Of a DNA stretch of 24,000 nucleotides, positions 10,355-20,236 are shown piece after piece. Under the pieces are notes generated by a model, which searched no databases, was not told the origin of the DNA, and worked only from the letters and a program-made list of their open reading frames with translations. The translations under genes were made by a program, and so were the position numbers. How positions within the stretch are numbered: position 1 is the stretch's first letter; the number at the start of each line of letters is the position of its first letter. The DNA is from Methylomonas sp. UP202 (lineage in GTDB: Bacteria > Pseudomonadota > Gammaproteobacteria > Methylococcales > Methylomonadaceae): the NCBI RefSeq assembly GCF_029910655.1, contig NZ_CP123897.1:2011547-2035546 (forward strand), read 5' to 3'.

Positions 10355-11338
10355 ATGCCTCGGACCTTGCCCAACCTCCCTCCATCGGAAGCCCAGTCCC
10401 CCAACGTTATCGTGGCCGTGCGCGGCGTCAATAAAGTCTATGCCGGGGGGTTTCAAGCATTAAAGAATGTCGATCTGGATATCCGCCGCGGCGAAATATT
10501 CGCGTTGCTCGGTCCGAACGGGGCCGGCAAAACCACGCTGATCGGCATCATTTGCGGTATCGTTAAAGCCTCGGCCGGCAGCGTCGTCGCCGACGGTCAC
10601 GATATCGCCCGCGATTATCGGGCGGCGCGGGCCAGCATTGGCCTGGTGCCGCAAGAACTGCATACTGATGCGTTCGAGTCGGTGTGGGCCACGGTCTCCT
10701 TCAGTCGCGGCTTGTTCGGCAAGCCGCCCGACCCCGGCTACATAGAAAAGATCTTGCGTGATCTGTCGTTGTGGGACAAGCGTAACGAAAAAATCATGGC
10801 TTTATCCGGCGGCATGAAACGGAGGGTGCTGATCGCCAAGGCGTTGTCCCACGAGCCGTCGATTCTGTTTCTGGACGAGCCCAGCGCCGGCGTCGATGTC
10901 GAGCTGAGGCACGATATGTGGCGCATGGTGCGCGCATTGCGCGAGCGCGGCACCACCATTATCTTGACCACCCATTACATCGAAGAGGCCGAAGACATGG
11001 CCGACCGCATTGGTGTTATCAGCAAGGGCGAACTGATCGTGGTCGAGGATAAAGCCGTCTTGATGCGCAAGCTCGGCAAAAAACAATTGACGTTAACGCT
11101 ACGCTTGCCGATAGACGAGCTTCCCGCCGGCTTGAGTCACTGGCCGCTGGAAATCGCCGAGAGCGGCCTGGCTCTGGTTTACAGCTTCGATAGTCAGACC
11201 GAGGAGACCGGGATTGCCGAACTGCTCAACGCGTTGGCCGAGCACGGCATAGAATTCAGGGATCTGCGCTCCAGCGAAAGCTCGCTGGAAGATATCTTCG
11301 TCAGTCTGGTTCACCAGCCCAAGGAGGCTAGCGCATGA
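10355..11338 (+). CDS. yadG: ABC-2 type transporter ATP-binding protein (YadG-like)
   Basis: Walker [10 protein letters not shown], signature LSGGMKRR, Walker [13 protein letters not shown] and H-loop TTHY. A long stretch is colinear with E. coli YadG as recalled. I placed the start at the ATG at 10355. The TTG at 10337 is the alternative. Confidence 0.9.
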   Translation: MPRTLPNLPPSEAQSPNVIVAVRGVNKVYAGGFQALKNVDLDIRRGEIFALLGPNGAGKTTLIGIICGIVKASAGSVVADGHDIARDYRAARASIGLVPQELHTDAFESVWATVSFSRGLFGKPPDPGYIEKILRDLSLWDKRNEKIMALSGGMKRRVLIAKALSHEPSILFLDEPSAGVDVELRHDMWRMVRALRERGTTIILTTHYIEEAEDMADRIGVISKGELIVVEDKAVLMRKLGKKQLTLTLRLPIDELPAGLSHWPLEIAESGLALVYSFDSQTEETGIAELLNALAEHGIEFRDLRSSESSLEDIFVSLVHQPKEASA

Positions 11339-12096
11339 ACGTTTACGGCATTCGCGCGATTTACCGTTTTGAAATGGCGCGCACGTTTCGCACACTGGCC
11401 CAGAGCGTCGCCGCGCCGGTGCTCACCACGTCGCTGTACTTCATCGTGTTCGGCAAGGCGATCGCGTCGCGGATGGGCGACATCGACAGCGTCAGTTACG
11501 CAGCCTTCATCATTCCGGGTCTGGTGATGCTGAATTTGCTGAACGAGAGTATTTCCAACGCTTCATTCGGTATTTTCATGCCCAAATGGGCGGGTACGAT
11601 TTACGAATTGCTGTCGGCGCCGGTGTCCTGGATCGAAGTATTGCTCGGTTACGTCGGCGCGGCAGCGACCAAATCGGTGATGCTGGGTTTGCTGATTTTG
11701 GCGACGGCCCGTTGTTTCGTGCCTTACGACATCGCTCATCCGCTGTGGATGGTCGGATTTCTGTTACTGACGGCGATTACCTTTAGCTTGTTCGGCTTTA
11801 TCATCGGTCTGTGGGCCGACAGTTTCCAGAAATTGCAAGTGGTGCCGATGTTGGTCGTCACGCCGTTGACCTTTCTGGGCGGGGCGTTTTACTCGATTAA
11901 CATGCTGCCGCCGCTGTGGCAGAAGATTTCCTTGTTCAACCCCGTGGTCTACTTGATCAGCGGTTTTCGCTGGAGTTTCTATGGTGTTGCCGACCTTAAC
12001 GTCGGCGTCAGTATCGGAATGATTTGCGGTTTACTGGTGATTTGTCTGAGCTTCGTCTGGTGGGTCTTCAAGAGCGGCTACAAAATCAGACATTAA
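11335..12096 (+). CDS. yadH: ABC-2 type transporter permease (YadH-like)
   Basis: The ATGA overlap with the ATPase gene indicates coupling. The protein has 6 TM helices. [54 protein letters not shown] are colinear with E. coli YadH as recalled. Confidence 0.9.
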   Translation: MNVYGIRAIYRFEMARTFRTLAQSVAAPVLTTSLYFIVFGKAIASRMGDIDSVSYAAFIIPGLVMLNLLNESISNASFGIFMPKWAGTIYELLSAPVSWIEVLLGYVGAAATKSVMLGLLILATARCFVPYDIAHPLWMVGFLLLTAITFSLFGFIIGLWADSFQKLQVVPMLVVTPLTFLGGAFYSINMLPPLWQKISLFNPVVYLISGFRWSFYGVADLNVGVSIGMICGLLVICLSFVWWVFKSGYKIRH

Positions 12097-12269
12097 TCGC
12101 GGTGCCGAGATACGCCGGATGTAGGCTGAAAATAGCGAGTTTGTCTTAAACAAGTTATAGTCTGTGGTGAATCCGCTGGGGCGTTAGATGCGCGTTTGGC
12201 GACACGCATCTCTCGGTCCCGCTGGCGGCTCGTGCCATTTGCCGGTCGGTTCAAATTGGAGCTTGAACG

Positions 12270-13346
12270 ATGAAAACGACCTCGCTGGCCCATATGGCCG
12301 TCAAACACGGTTATAACCACTTGGCCGAGGCCTTGTACCTTAGCAGCGGCGCCGATTTGACCAAGCCCGTCAGCTTCTACGCGTTGATCAACGAACGCTG
12401 CAACGTGAAGTGTCGCTATTGCAAGTTTTGGCGTTTGCCCGAGTACAAACCGGAAATGACGATTGAACAATGGCAAACCGCCTTGCTGAGTATTCGGGCG
12501 TTCGTCGGCACCTACTCCATCAACTTCAGCGGCGGCGAACCCTTCTTAAAGCCGGGCTTTCTGGACTTGATGGATTTCTGCCGCAAAAACGGGATTCACA
12601 GTGGCGTAACTACTAACGGATCGACGCTGAACCGGAAGAACGCCGCCCGGTTGGTGGAAACCCAGCCGTTCAATTTGAATATCTCCTGCGACGCGCCGAG
12701 TGCGGAACTGCACGACTACTTGCGCGGCTATCCCTCGCTATTCGAGAGGCTGGTCAACGGTATTCGATACGTTCGCGATGCCCGCGACAAGGCCGGGCTG
12801 AATTTTCCTATCGTCATTAAAACCACGGTGAATGCCAAAAACTTCCGCTTGTTGCCGGAAATGGTGAAATGGGTCCAAGAAGTCGGCGCGACCGCGCTGA
12901 ACTTGCAACCTCTGGATCGCTGGACCCAGGAAACCTACGACGAACTGTGGATCGAAGAATCAGACTGGCCGGAACTCGAGCGGGTGCAGAACACGCTGAT
13001 CGCGCTCAAGCGCGCCGGAGAACCGATCATGAACAGCGAAACGGTCATCAACCAGATGGTCAAACATTTTCGCGAGGAAAAAGCGCCACCCGAGGCCATG
13101 CCTTGCCGAGTCGGTATGCGCGACTTTTTTATTCGGACCAATGGCGATGTCCAAACCTGCTTCTACTTCCCGGTGATCGGAAATTTGACGCAACAGAGCG
13201 CCGAGCAGATCTGGCGGGGTCCGGCGGCCCGTAAAATTCGGAAGGAAACCATCGCTTGCCAGAAGTTATGCCTACATACCTGTCTTAGTCAAAAGACGCT
13301 GCGCGATAAGGTGAAGATGGGCTTGATTTTGCTCCGGGGGCGCTGA
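12270..13346 (+). CDS. radical SAM protein with C-terminal SPASM-like Cys-rich domain
   Basis: CNVKCRYCKFW is the CxxxCxxC motif. GGEPFL is present. C-terminal cysteines occur at PCRVG, QTCFYF and IACQKLCLHTC. GGAG lies 8 nt upstream of the ATG. Confidence 0.88.
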   Translation: MKTTSLAHMAVKHGYNHLAEALYLSSGADLTKPVSFYALINERCNVKCRYCKFWRLPEYKPEMTIEQWQTALLSIRAFVGTYSINFSGGEPFLKPGFLDLMDFCRKNGIHSGVTTNGSTLNRKNAARLVETQPFNLNISCDAPSAELHDYLRGYPSLFERLVNGIRYVRDARDKAGLNFPIVIKTTVNAKNFRLLPEMVKWVQEVGATALNLQPLDRWTQETYDELWIEESDWPELERVQNTLIALKRAGEPIMNSETVINQMVKHFREEKAPPEAMPCRVGMRDFFIRTNGDVQTCFYFPVIGNLTQQSAEQIWRGPAARKIRKETIACQKLCLHTCLSQKTLRDKVKMGLILLRGR

Positions 13347-13513
13347 GGCAACGCTATTTAGTTCGCGCTTTTCCCGCCGCTGCTTCGATATGGGTGGGGA
13401 TTGCACGGATGGCCCGCCGTTCACAGCTTACCGCGTGAATCTTTACGGCATTTTTATCCGCTAGTCCGTACACTGATTGCTGTCTCCCAAATCAAGATCC
13501 GCTACATTTTCAA

Positions 13514-16252
13514 ATGAATCCAGAACGCCCGGATCCCGACCAATTGCTGGCCCGCGTTGCTCGCGACCGGGCCAAGGCCAAGCGAGGCCGATTGAAGATA
13601 TTCTTCGGCGCGGCGGCCGGAGTTGGCAAGACTTACGCGATGCTGTTGGCGGCCAGGGAGCGGCGCGCGGAGCAGTTGGATGTGATCGTCGGCTTGGTGG
13701 AAACCCACGGCCGTAAGGAAACCGAGGCCTTGCTGGACGGCTTGGAGTGTTTGCCGACCCGGCCGGTACCATACAAGGGCGCGGTTCTGCGCGAGTTCGA
13801 TATCGACGCGGCCCTGAAGCGGCGGCCGGCCATCATTTTGGTCGACGAACTGGCCCACACCAACGCGCCCGGTTCCCGCCATCCGAAACGTTGGCAGGAC
13901 ATTCATGAATTGCTGGAAGCCGGCATCGACGTCTACACCGCGTTGAACGTGCAGCATCTGGAAAGCCTGAACGACGACATCGGCCAGATTTCCGGGATTC
14001 GGGTTTGGGAAACCGTGCCGGACACGGTATTCGAAGATGCCGACGAAGTCGAACTGGTGGATTTACCGCCGGACGAGCTATTGCTCCGATTGAAGGAAGG
14101 CAAAATTTATCTGCCGCAACAAGCGCAACAGGCAATACAGCATTTTTTCCGCAAAGGCAATTTGATTGCGTTGCGCGAACTGGCGCTCCGCCAGACCGCG
14201 AGCCGAGTCGATGCGCAGATGCTGGATTACCGAGAAGACAATGCGATCCGCGAAGTCTGGCAGGTTGGCGAGCGCTTGCTGGTGTGCATAGGGCCCAACC
14301 CGTTGGCCGAACGGCTGGTACGGGCCGGGAAGCGCCTGGCGGCCGGGTTGCGGGCCGAATGGATCGTCGCTTACGTCGAGACGCCCGAGCTGGCCCGGCT
14401 GCCGGCGGTCAAGCGCGACGGGGTGTTACGGATATTGCGGCTAGCCGAGCAGTTGGGCGCGGAAACCGTCACGCTCAGTGCGCCGGCAATGAGCGAGGCG
14501 ATCATCCGCTTTGCCCGGGAACGCAATATCAACAAAATCGTGGTGGGCAAGCCCAGTCGGCGCGGTTGGCGGCGCTGGTTATTGGGTTCGGTTGTCGATG
14601 TGTTGATCGCTCAAGCCCACAATATCAATATTTATTTGTTGGGTAGTCCGCGTCGCGGCGAGATGGATGCGCCGGAAGCCGAACCGTCGCTGTTCAGAAA
14701 AAGCCCGCTGCCGGGACTCAAGCAGCGCATCCCGGCCAAGACGCGCCGGCGCTATCTGGGTTACGCCTGGGCGGTCGGCGTGACGGCGTTCAGTACCGCG
14801 GTCGGTTATTTATTGTTCGGCAGCGTCGAACTGGCAAACTTGGTCATGGTGTTTCTATTGGGGGTAGTGTTCGTTGCCACGCGCTTCGGCCGGGGACCAT
14901 CGATTTTGGCGTCGGTGCTGGGTGTCGGCGTATTCGATATTTTGTTCGTTCAACCGTTTTACAGTTTTTCGGTATCGGACAGCCAATATTTGATTACTTT
15001 GCTGGCGATGCTGGTGGTCGGCATCGTGATCAGCAATCTGATGGTCAATGTGCGTTCGCAGGCTAAGGTGGCGGCGCACCGGGAACGGCGGGCGGCGGCC
15101 TTATATGCGATGAGCAAGGAACTATCCGGCGCCCAGAACGAAGCGGATGTCGTCAAAATCGCGGTCCGCCAGTTGTATTCCGAATTCAGCAGCCGCAACG
15201 CGATTTTGTTTGCCAACGCCGAGGATAGAATCGAGCATCCGCGCGGCGCGGCATTGGCGGAGTCTCTGCCGGGCGCCGATCTGGGCATCGCGCAGTGGGT
15301 CTTCGATCACAACGAAATGGCCGGACAGGGCACCAACACCTTGGCCGGCGCCGAAGCGATTTATTTTCCGATTCAAAACGACGATAAAGTCGTCGGCGTG
15401 CTGGCGATGCGGCCGGTCAATCTGCGCAGGGTGTTTTTGCCGGAGCAGCAGAAATTGCTGGAAACCTTTTTACGCCAGATCGGCCAATCCGTGGCCCGCA
15501 TTCGCTTCGCGGAAACGGCCCGCGTAACCCTGTTGCAAGTCGAGGCCGAACGTTTGCGCAACTCCTTGCTGAGCGCGATTTCCCACGATTTGCGCACGCC
15601 GCTGGCGACTATCATCGGCTCCGCGACCACGTTAGCCGAAGACGCCGGCCAGTTGCAGCCGTCGGATAAATTGGAATTAAGCCGGGCCATCGTCGACGAA
15701 GCCGAACGGATGTCGACTTTGGTTAACAATATCCTGGACATGGCCCGCCTGGATTCCGGCGTGCTGGAACTGAACAGGCAATGGCATCCGTTAGAGGAAA
15801 TCGTCGGCACCGCATTGACCGTGCTGCAAAAACGCCTGGCCGGCAGACCGGTGCGGGTATCGCTGCCGGCCGGTATTCCGATGGTTTACGCCGATGCGGT
15901 GATGATCGAGCAAGTGTTGATCAATCTGCTGGAAAACGCGGCGCGCTATACGCCGGTGGGTAGCGATTTGGATATCCGCGTGGAAACCAGCGATCAGGCT
16001 GTCGAGCTCAGCGTCGCCGATCGTGGGCCCGGTATTCCGGCCGGCAAGGAAGAGCGGCTGTTCGAAAAGTTCTTCCAGGTTCGCCACGAAGCCGCCCAGA
16101 GCGGAGCCGGCTTGGGTTTGGCGATTTGTCGAGCCATCGTCGAAGTCCATGGCGGCCGGATTTTCGCCCGCAATCGGTCTGGCGGCGGCGCGATTTTTAC
16201 CTTTATACTGCCGCTGGACCAACCACCGCCCAGCCTGGAGTTAGAAGAATGA
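13514..16252 (+). CDS. kdpD: two-component sensor histidine kinase KdpD
   Basis: 912 aa. The N-terminal KdpD domain has GAAAGVGKTYAML, followed by a Usp-like region, four TM helices and a GAF-like region. The H-box is SAISHDLRTPL. HATPase motifs are LLENAARYT, DRGPGIP and GLGLAICRAIV. Confidence 0.95.
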   Translation: MNPERPDPDQLLARVARDRAKAKRGRLKIFFGAAAGVGKTYAMLLAARERRAEQLDVIVGLVETHGRKETEALLDGLECLPTRPVPYKGAVLREFDIDAALKRRPAIILVDELAHTNAPGSRHPKRWQDIHELLEAGIDVYTALNVQHLESLNDDIGQISGIRVWETVPDTVFEDADEVELVDLPPDELLLRLKEGKIYLPQQAQQAIQHFFRKGNLIALRELALRQTASRVDAQMLDYREDNAIREVWQVGERLLVCIGPNPLAERLVRAGKRLAAGLRAEWIVAYVETPELARLPAVKRDGVLRILRLAEQLGAETVTLSAPAMSEAIIRFARERNINKIVVGKPSRRGWRRWLLGSVVDVLIAQAHNINIYLLGSPRRGEMDAPEAEPSLFRKSPLPGLKQRIPAKTRRRYLGYAWAVGVTAFSTAVGYLLFGSVELANLVMVFLLGVVFVATRFGRGPSILASVLGVGVFDILFVQPFYSFSVSDSQYLITLLAMLVVGIVISNLMVNVRSQAKVAAHRERRAAALYAMSKELSGAQNEADVVKIAVRQLYSEFSSRNAILFANAEDRIEHPRGAALAESLPGADLGIAQWVFDHNEMAGQGTNTLAGAEAIYFPIQNDDKVVGVLAMRPVNLRRVFLPEQQKLLETFLRQIGQSVARIRFAETARVTLLQVEAERLRNSLLSAISHDLRTPLATIIGSATTLAEDAGQLQPSDKLELSRAIVDEAERMSTLVNNILDMARLDSGVLELNRQWHPLEEIVGTALTVLQKRLAGRPVRVSLPAGIPMVYADAVMIEQVLINLLENAARYTPVGSDLDIRVETSDQAVELSVADRGPGIPAGKEERLFEKFFQVRHEAAQSGAGLGLAICRAIVEVHGGRIFARNRSGGGAIFTFILPLDQPPPSLELEE

Positions 16253-16276
16253 TGGTCGAAGCGACCGTAAGCCGGC

Positions 16277-16972
16277 ATGGCTAAAATCGAGCCGGTCATC
16301 ATCGTCGTCGAGGACGATCCGTCGATACGGCGGTTTTTGCGCACCGGTTTGACCACACACGGTTTCGCGGTGTTCGAGGCCGAGACCGGCAAGCAAGGCC
16401 TGATCGAGGCTGGCGTGCGCAAGCCGGATCTATTGATTTTGGACCTGGGCCTGCCGGATATGGACGGGGTTGACGTGATTCGCTCTTTGCGGGCTTGGTC
16501 GGCGGTGCCTATCATCGTATTGTCGGCGCGCAGCAACGAGCAACACAAGATCGACGCGTTGGACGCCGGCGCCGACGATTATCTGACCAAACCTTTCGGT
16601 TTCGGCGAGTTGCTGGCCAGGATTCGAGTCGCGCTCAGACACGCTAATCGCGGCGCGGAAGGTGCCGGCGAAGCAGTGTTTACGGCCGGCAACCTGCGGG
16701 TGGATTTGCAAAACCGTCTGGTTAGCGTCGCGGACGAGGACGTGCATCTGACGCCTATTCAGTACCGTTTACTGGCGGTATTGATCAAGCATGCCGGTAA
16801 AGTTCTGACTCATCGGCAGATATTGAAAGAGGTTTGGGGACCGTCCTCTCAAGAAAACGCGCATTACTTGCGGATCTACATGAGTCAATTGCGCCAAAAA
16901 CTGGAGGCCGATCCCACTCAGCCGCAACATCTGTTAACCGAATCGGGCGTCGGCTACCGATTCAAAGTTTGA
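16277..16972 (+). CDS. kdpE: OmpR-family response regulator KdpE
   Basis: The receiver domain has the LILDLGLPDMDG aspartate pocket and the conserved LTKPF motif. The C-terminal winged helix ends in GVGYRF. The gene sits immediately downstream of kdpD. Confidence 0.93.
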   Translation: MAKIEPVIIVVEDDPSIRRFLRTGLTTHGFAVFEAETGKQGLIEAGVRKPDLLILDLGLPDMDGVDVIRSLRAWSAVPIIVLSARSNEQHKIDALDAGADDYLTKPFGFGELLARIRVALRHANRGAEGAGEAVFTAGNLRVDLQNRLVSVADEDVHLTPIQYRLLAVLIKHAGKVLTHRQILKEVWGPSSQENAHYLRIYMSQLRQKLEADPTQPQHLLTESGVGYRFKV

Positions 16973-17146
16973 CGGTGAGCGATTCCGGCGCGGGCTAGCG
17001 ACGCCAGCCCCAGCGGCCGCCGGCAATCCGGGCGGATTCGAGTGATGCGGACCCGGCCCGCGAATGCAATAAGCCATGTTTTTTCCGCGATGGCTTTGCA
17101 AGTCGCGGCGTGCTGGCGGCCAGCGGGGCGGTTTGCAATCGCCGGC

Positions 17147-17530
17147 TCAATGGTTATCTTTCAGGCAATGTTGTTCATCATGGGCCGGGCCTTCGCTCAG
17201 CGTACCGGCCAGATAGGCTGCCAAGGCTTGATCGGGCGACGTCTCGCCGGTGGTAAGTAACTCGGTAGAGCGGGTCGCCAGATTGCGGATCACGCCGTCG
17301 CCGGCCGATCCGGCGATCGCCACATCGACAGTGTGCAAGGGATGGCGATTGCCGTCGCCGCGCACATGCCATTCGTGCAGGCTGCCGATGTCGGTCAAAT
17401 CCAGCGTCCAGGCCAGATCGGCGCGGGACTCCTTGGTAACGACGTAGACCAGCCAGCGCGACGCTCTGCCCGCGTGAGAAGCGACGCGGCCATCGGTGTC
17501 CACGGCGATGGCTATCAGTTTATCTGTCAT
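17147..17530 (-). CDS. NifB/NifX-family (dinitrogenase FeMo-cofactor-binding-like domain) protein
   Basis: Start moved to the ATG at 17530. The pattern is IAIAVDTDGRVASHAGRASRWLVYVV ... VDVAIAGSAGDGVIRNL ... ALAAYLAGTL, which matches my recollection of PF02579-type small proteins. Confidence 0.7.
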   Translation of the reverse strand: MTDKLIAIAVDTDGRVASHAGRASRWLVYVVTKESRADLAWTLDLTDIGSLHEWHVRGDGNRHPLHTVDVAIAGSAGDGVIRNLATRSTELLTTGETSPDQALAAYLAGTLSEGPAHDEQHCLKDNH

Positions 17531-17689
17531 AGTTTGAATGCCTCTGTTGATATCGAATCGAGTGCAACCATCGGAAAACGCACTCGGCGCACCTATTTCC
17601 CATAAAAATTGCACGGTTAAAGGCAGTATCGCCGATTCGAATCTAAGCGGTCAATGGCTCGGCTAGCGAGGCTGGATCAGCGGGGAGGT

Positions 17690-18838
17690 TTACTGCCGAT
17701 CCGGATCAGCGTGCTTGAACGGCAGATAGCCTTGGGCGGTGAGTTTGTAACGCCGCATGCCGATCTTCTCTCGTTCCAGAAAACGTTCCACCGCGTCCGC
17801 GAAGCCGGGATCGCGCAGCCAATGGGCGGAATAGGTGGTAATCGGTTCGAAGCCTCTGGCAATCTTGTGTTCGCCCTGGGCGCCAGAATCGAAACGGCTC
17901 AGGCCGTTGGCGATGCAATAGTCGATGCCCTGGTAATAGCAGGCTTCGAAATGCAATCCGCTGAATTCTTCGTCGCAACCCCAATAACGGCCGTATAAGG
18001 TATCGGCGCCGATCAAGCTCAGCGCGGCGCCGACATAGCGGTCGCCGTTGATCGCCAGGATCAGCAATATTCGCTGCGGCATGGTCAGCGCGATTTCTCG
18101 AAAGAAATCCAGATTTAAATAGGGTTGCGAGTGGTGCTTGATGTAGGTCGCCGCGTAGAAGCGGTAAAAGGCTTGCCATTGCTCGTCGGTGACGTCGGCG
18201 CCGGCGACGCGTTGCATGACGATGCCTTGCTCTTCGACCTTACGGCGCTCGCGTTTGACCATCTTGCGCTTGGCGGCGGTCATCGTATCGAGAAAGTCGG
18301 CGAAATCGCGATACTCGCGATTGAACCACTGAAATTGCACACCTTCTCGAATGCTCATTCCCAACGCACGCAATGTTTCGGCCTCGTCGGGCCGAGGGAA
18401 CAAACAATGCCAGGACGAGACGGCTTCCCGTTCGGCTCGGTCTTGCAGGTATTCAATCCAGCTTGTCAGCACCGTTTCGTTTCCGACACCGGGCGCTACG
18501 GCCCAACGCGGCCCTTGACAGGGCGTGAACGGAATCGCGGTCAACCATTTGGGATAATAGGCCAGCCCGTGTTGGCGATAGGCATCGGCCCACTGTTGGT
18601 CGAATACGTATTCGCCCCAGGAATGCGATTTGCGATACAGCGGCAACAAGCCGACCGGCCGGCCATTCTCCAGCGCCAACAAATGCTGCGGCCGCCAGCC
18701 TCCGCGCGGGCTAACCGAGCCGCTGTGTTCCAATGCCGTCAGAAACTCGTGGCATAAAAACGGGTAGCCGTCGCCGGTCAGTTCGTTCCAGACCGCCCGG
18801 TCGATGCGGTCCAGGTCGTCCAAGGGAATTACGTCCAT
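17690..18838 (-). CDS. DUF482 / FemAB-like GNAT-fold acyltransferase-family protein
   Basis: 382 aa. FLCHEFLTALEHSGSVSPRGGWRPQHL, YRKSHSWGEYVFD and YPKWLTAIPFTP form the conserved pattern of the peptidoglycan-biosynthesis/recognition (PF04339) family as recalled. Confidence 0.8.
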   Translation of the reverse strand: MDVIPLDDLDRIDRAVWNELTGDGYPFLCHEFLTALEHSGSVSPRGGWRPQHLLALENGRPVGLLPLYRKSHSWGEYVFDQQWADAYRQHGLAYYPKWLTAIPFTPCQGPRWAVAPGVGNETVLTSWIEYLQDRAEREAVSSWHCLFPRPDEAETLRALGMSIREGVQFQWFNREYRDFADFLDTMTAAKRKMVKRERRKVEEQGIVMQRVAGADVTDEQWQAFYRFYAATYIKHHSQPYLNLDFFREIALTMPQRILLILAINGDRYVGAALSLIGADTLYGRYWGCDEEFSGLHFEACYYQGIDYCIANGLSRFDSGAQGEHKIARGFEPITTYSAHWLRDPGFADAVERFLEREKIGMRRYKLTAQGYLPFKHADPDRQ

Positions 18839-19131
18839 TTTAAAATTGGTTTAGAAACTGACTGATGGTGAAAATGGCAAATGGCGTACGCCTTATGCAT
18901 AAAAAACGGAGCCGGAATCTTACCGGGATAGTTCGGAGCGAATCGTAAAAAGGCCGTCCGACCCTGATACGGTTTGGGAAATCAGGTCGGGCGCGATCAT
19001 TTCTACCTTCCGAATCGGGTTTGTCCAGCTGCTGTTTACAGTGCAGAGCAGACTGTCGTGGTTGAAACGATTGGCGCGATCGTCACCGTTGCTTGAATAC
19101 TAAACCGATTCCAAGCCGCTTGCCAGCGGCT

Positions 19132-19399
19132 TCCAAGCCCGCGTTGCTAAAGCTGTCCTCGAGCCGTTCAAAAATTGGGCTTCGCGAACGGCTGGGCCGG
19201 CGGCCCGGCGGCCGAGCGTTGCGAATTCGGCCTTCTTGGAGGTGAATGCACCGCCGTGCGAGCAGACCGAATGCGAGCCGTTCAGACAGGGGTAGGTTCG
19301 GGGTAGCCAGAATGTCGAAACAGCCCGACTGGTTGGATGGCGAATCAAGCCCCTCCTCAAGCCCGTCTTCCGCAAAACAAGCAACCTAGGCATGGCTTG
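19132..19399. other. GC-rich, ORF-poor, self-complementary block (candidate structured RNA or intron fragment)
   Basis: Long-range pairing is possible between CAAGCC/GTTGC (19134-19147) and GCAAC/GGCTTG (19381-19399). There is an 8-bp hairpin AGCCGTTC/GAACGGCT (19162-19193) and an 11-nt direct repeat CGAGCCGTTCA (19160 and 19274). GTGCG occurs at 19256. The only ORF (97 aa, minus strand) looks non-protein-like. Confidence 0.25.
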
Positions 19400-19486
19400 C
19401 CGTTAAGTTTGAGTTAAGAGCCCGATGCGATATTTTTCTCTAATAGAACCGAATTCAATTTTCTAACGATTAGAGGGATAAACCGA

Positions 19487-19789
19487 ATGAAACAAAGTAT
19501 CGAATTTGACTCGAATAATGCGTTTACTCAAGTCAGGTCAGCCATCGCGGAGTTAATGACGTTTTCTTTCGCGGATAGGGAAGATGACATGCTGTATGCG
19601 GTGAATAAATTAAAGTCGGTATTAAGAGCCGTGCATGATAATTATCAGTGCTGGAATCGCGACACGATACGCGAATTCGTGCTTTGTAAAAACGATCCGT
19701 TGAGATTCGTTGATTTGAATTCCGACCAGTTCAATGCCCGAGTCCGCAACATCCAGCAAGATATGATCGCTAAATTCTCGTTGAATTAA
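19487..19789 (+). CDS. hypothetical protein (no family recognised)
   Basis: 100 aa. AGAGGGA lies about 8 nt upstream of the ATG. The composition is protein-like and AT-rich, in contrast to the core genes. Confidence 0.6.
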   Translation: MKQSIEFDSNNAFTQVRSAIAELMTFSFADREDDMLYAVNKLKSVLRAVHDNYQCWNRDTIREFVLCKNDPLRFVDLNSDQFNARVRNIQQDMIAKFSLN

Positions 19790-19963
19790 AATTCAAAATT
19801 TCTAGCCTCTGTTTGGTCAGCAGTCTATTAACAGCGTCTATATCAATAGGTCGAAAGAAGCGAAGATAGTGTCCATTTATAATGAGGTGGACATCGAGCC
19901 GCGCATCTATCTTGTCGCGTTGTTCCGTCAATTGAATCGGGGTTCACTGATTTTCGTGAGCAG

Positions 19964-20167
19964 GTGCTTTTCTCTGGGCAAAGCGGCCCTGACTACAAAG
20001 CAAAGGTCGCCAAACTTTCAGATCAGGATAAAGATCGCTTTCTTTATCAAGAATTCGTTCGCGCCAAGCATGCCGAAAGGATTCGCGCATGGATTATGGG
20101 GCAAACCAAAGATCAACTGGGTATCCGCGACTCGCCGCAAACCGCTCTAACCCACCGCGACCGCTAA
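19964..20167 (+). CDS. possible small CDS or gene remnant
   Basis: GTG start with a weak RBS. The stretch GPDYKAKVAKLSDQDKDRFLYQEFVRAKHAERIRAWIMGQ is charged, helical and protein-like. It overlaps the 19869..20150 ORF in another frame, so it may be a frameshifted remnant. Confidence 0.25.
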   Translation: MLFSGQSGPDYKAKVAKLSDQDKDRFLYQEFVRAKHAERIRAWIMGQTKDQLGIRDSPQTALTHRDR

Positions 20168-20236
20168 TGGGATATCCGGCTGGCCGCCGGAGCAGCGCTT
20201 TCAACGCAAATCCGGCAATTAACGCGGTTCCCAGTC

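Noticed and set aside
12097-12269. RiPP precursor peptide upstream of the radical SAM gene
   Set aside because: The only candidate is a 45-codon ORF from 12188 that overlaps the radical SAM start out of frame. It has no SD and no Cys/Gly/Ser-rich core.
19100-19393. 97-aa minus-strand ORF in the GC-rich block
   Set aside because: It is Arg/Gly/Ser/Thr-rich with no motif or SD, and it lies over obvious hairpins. It is more likely noncoding.
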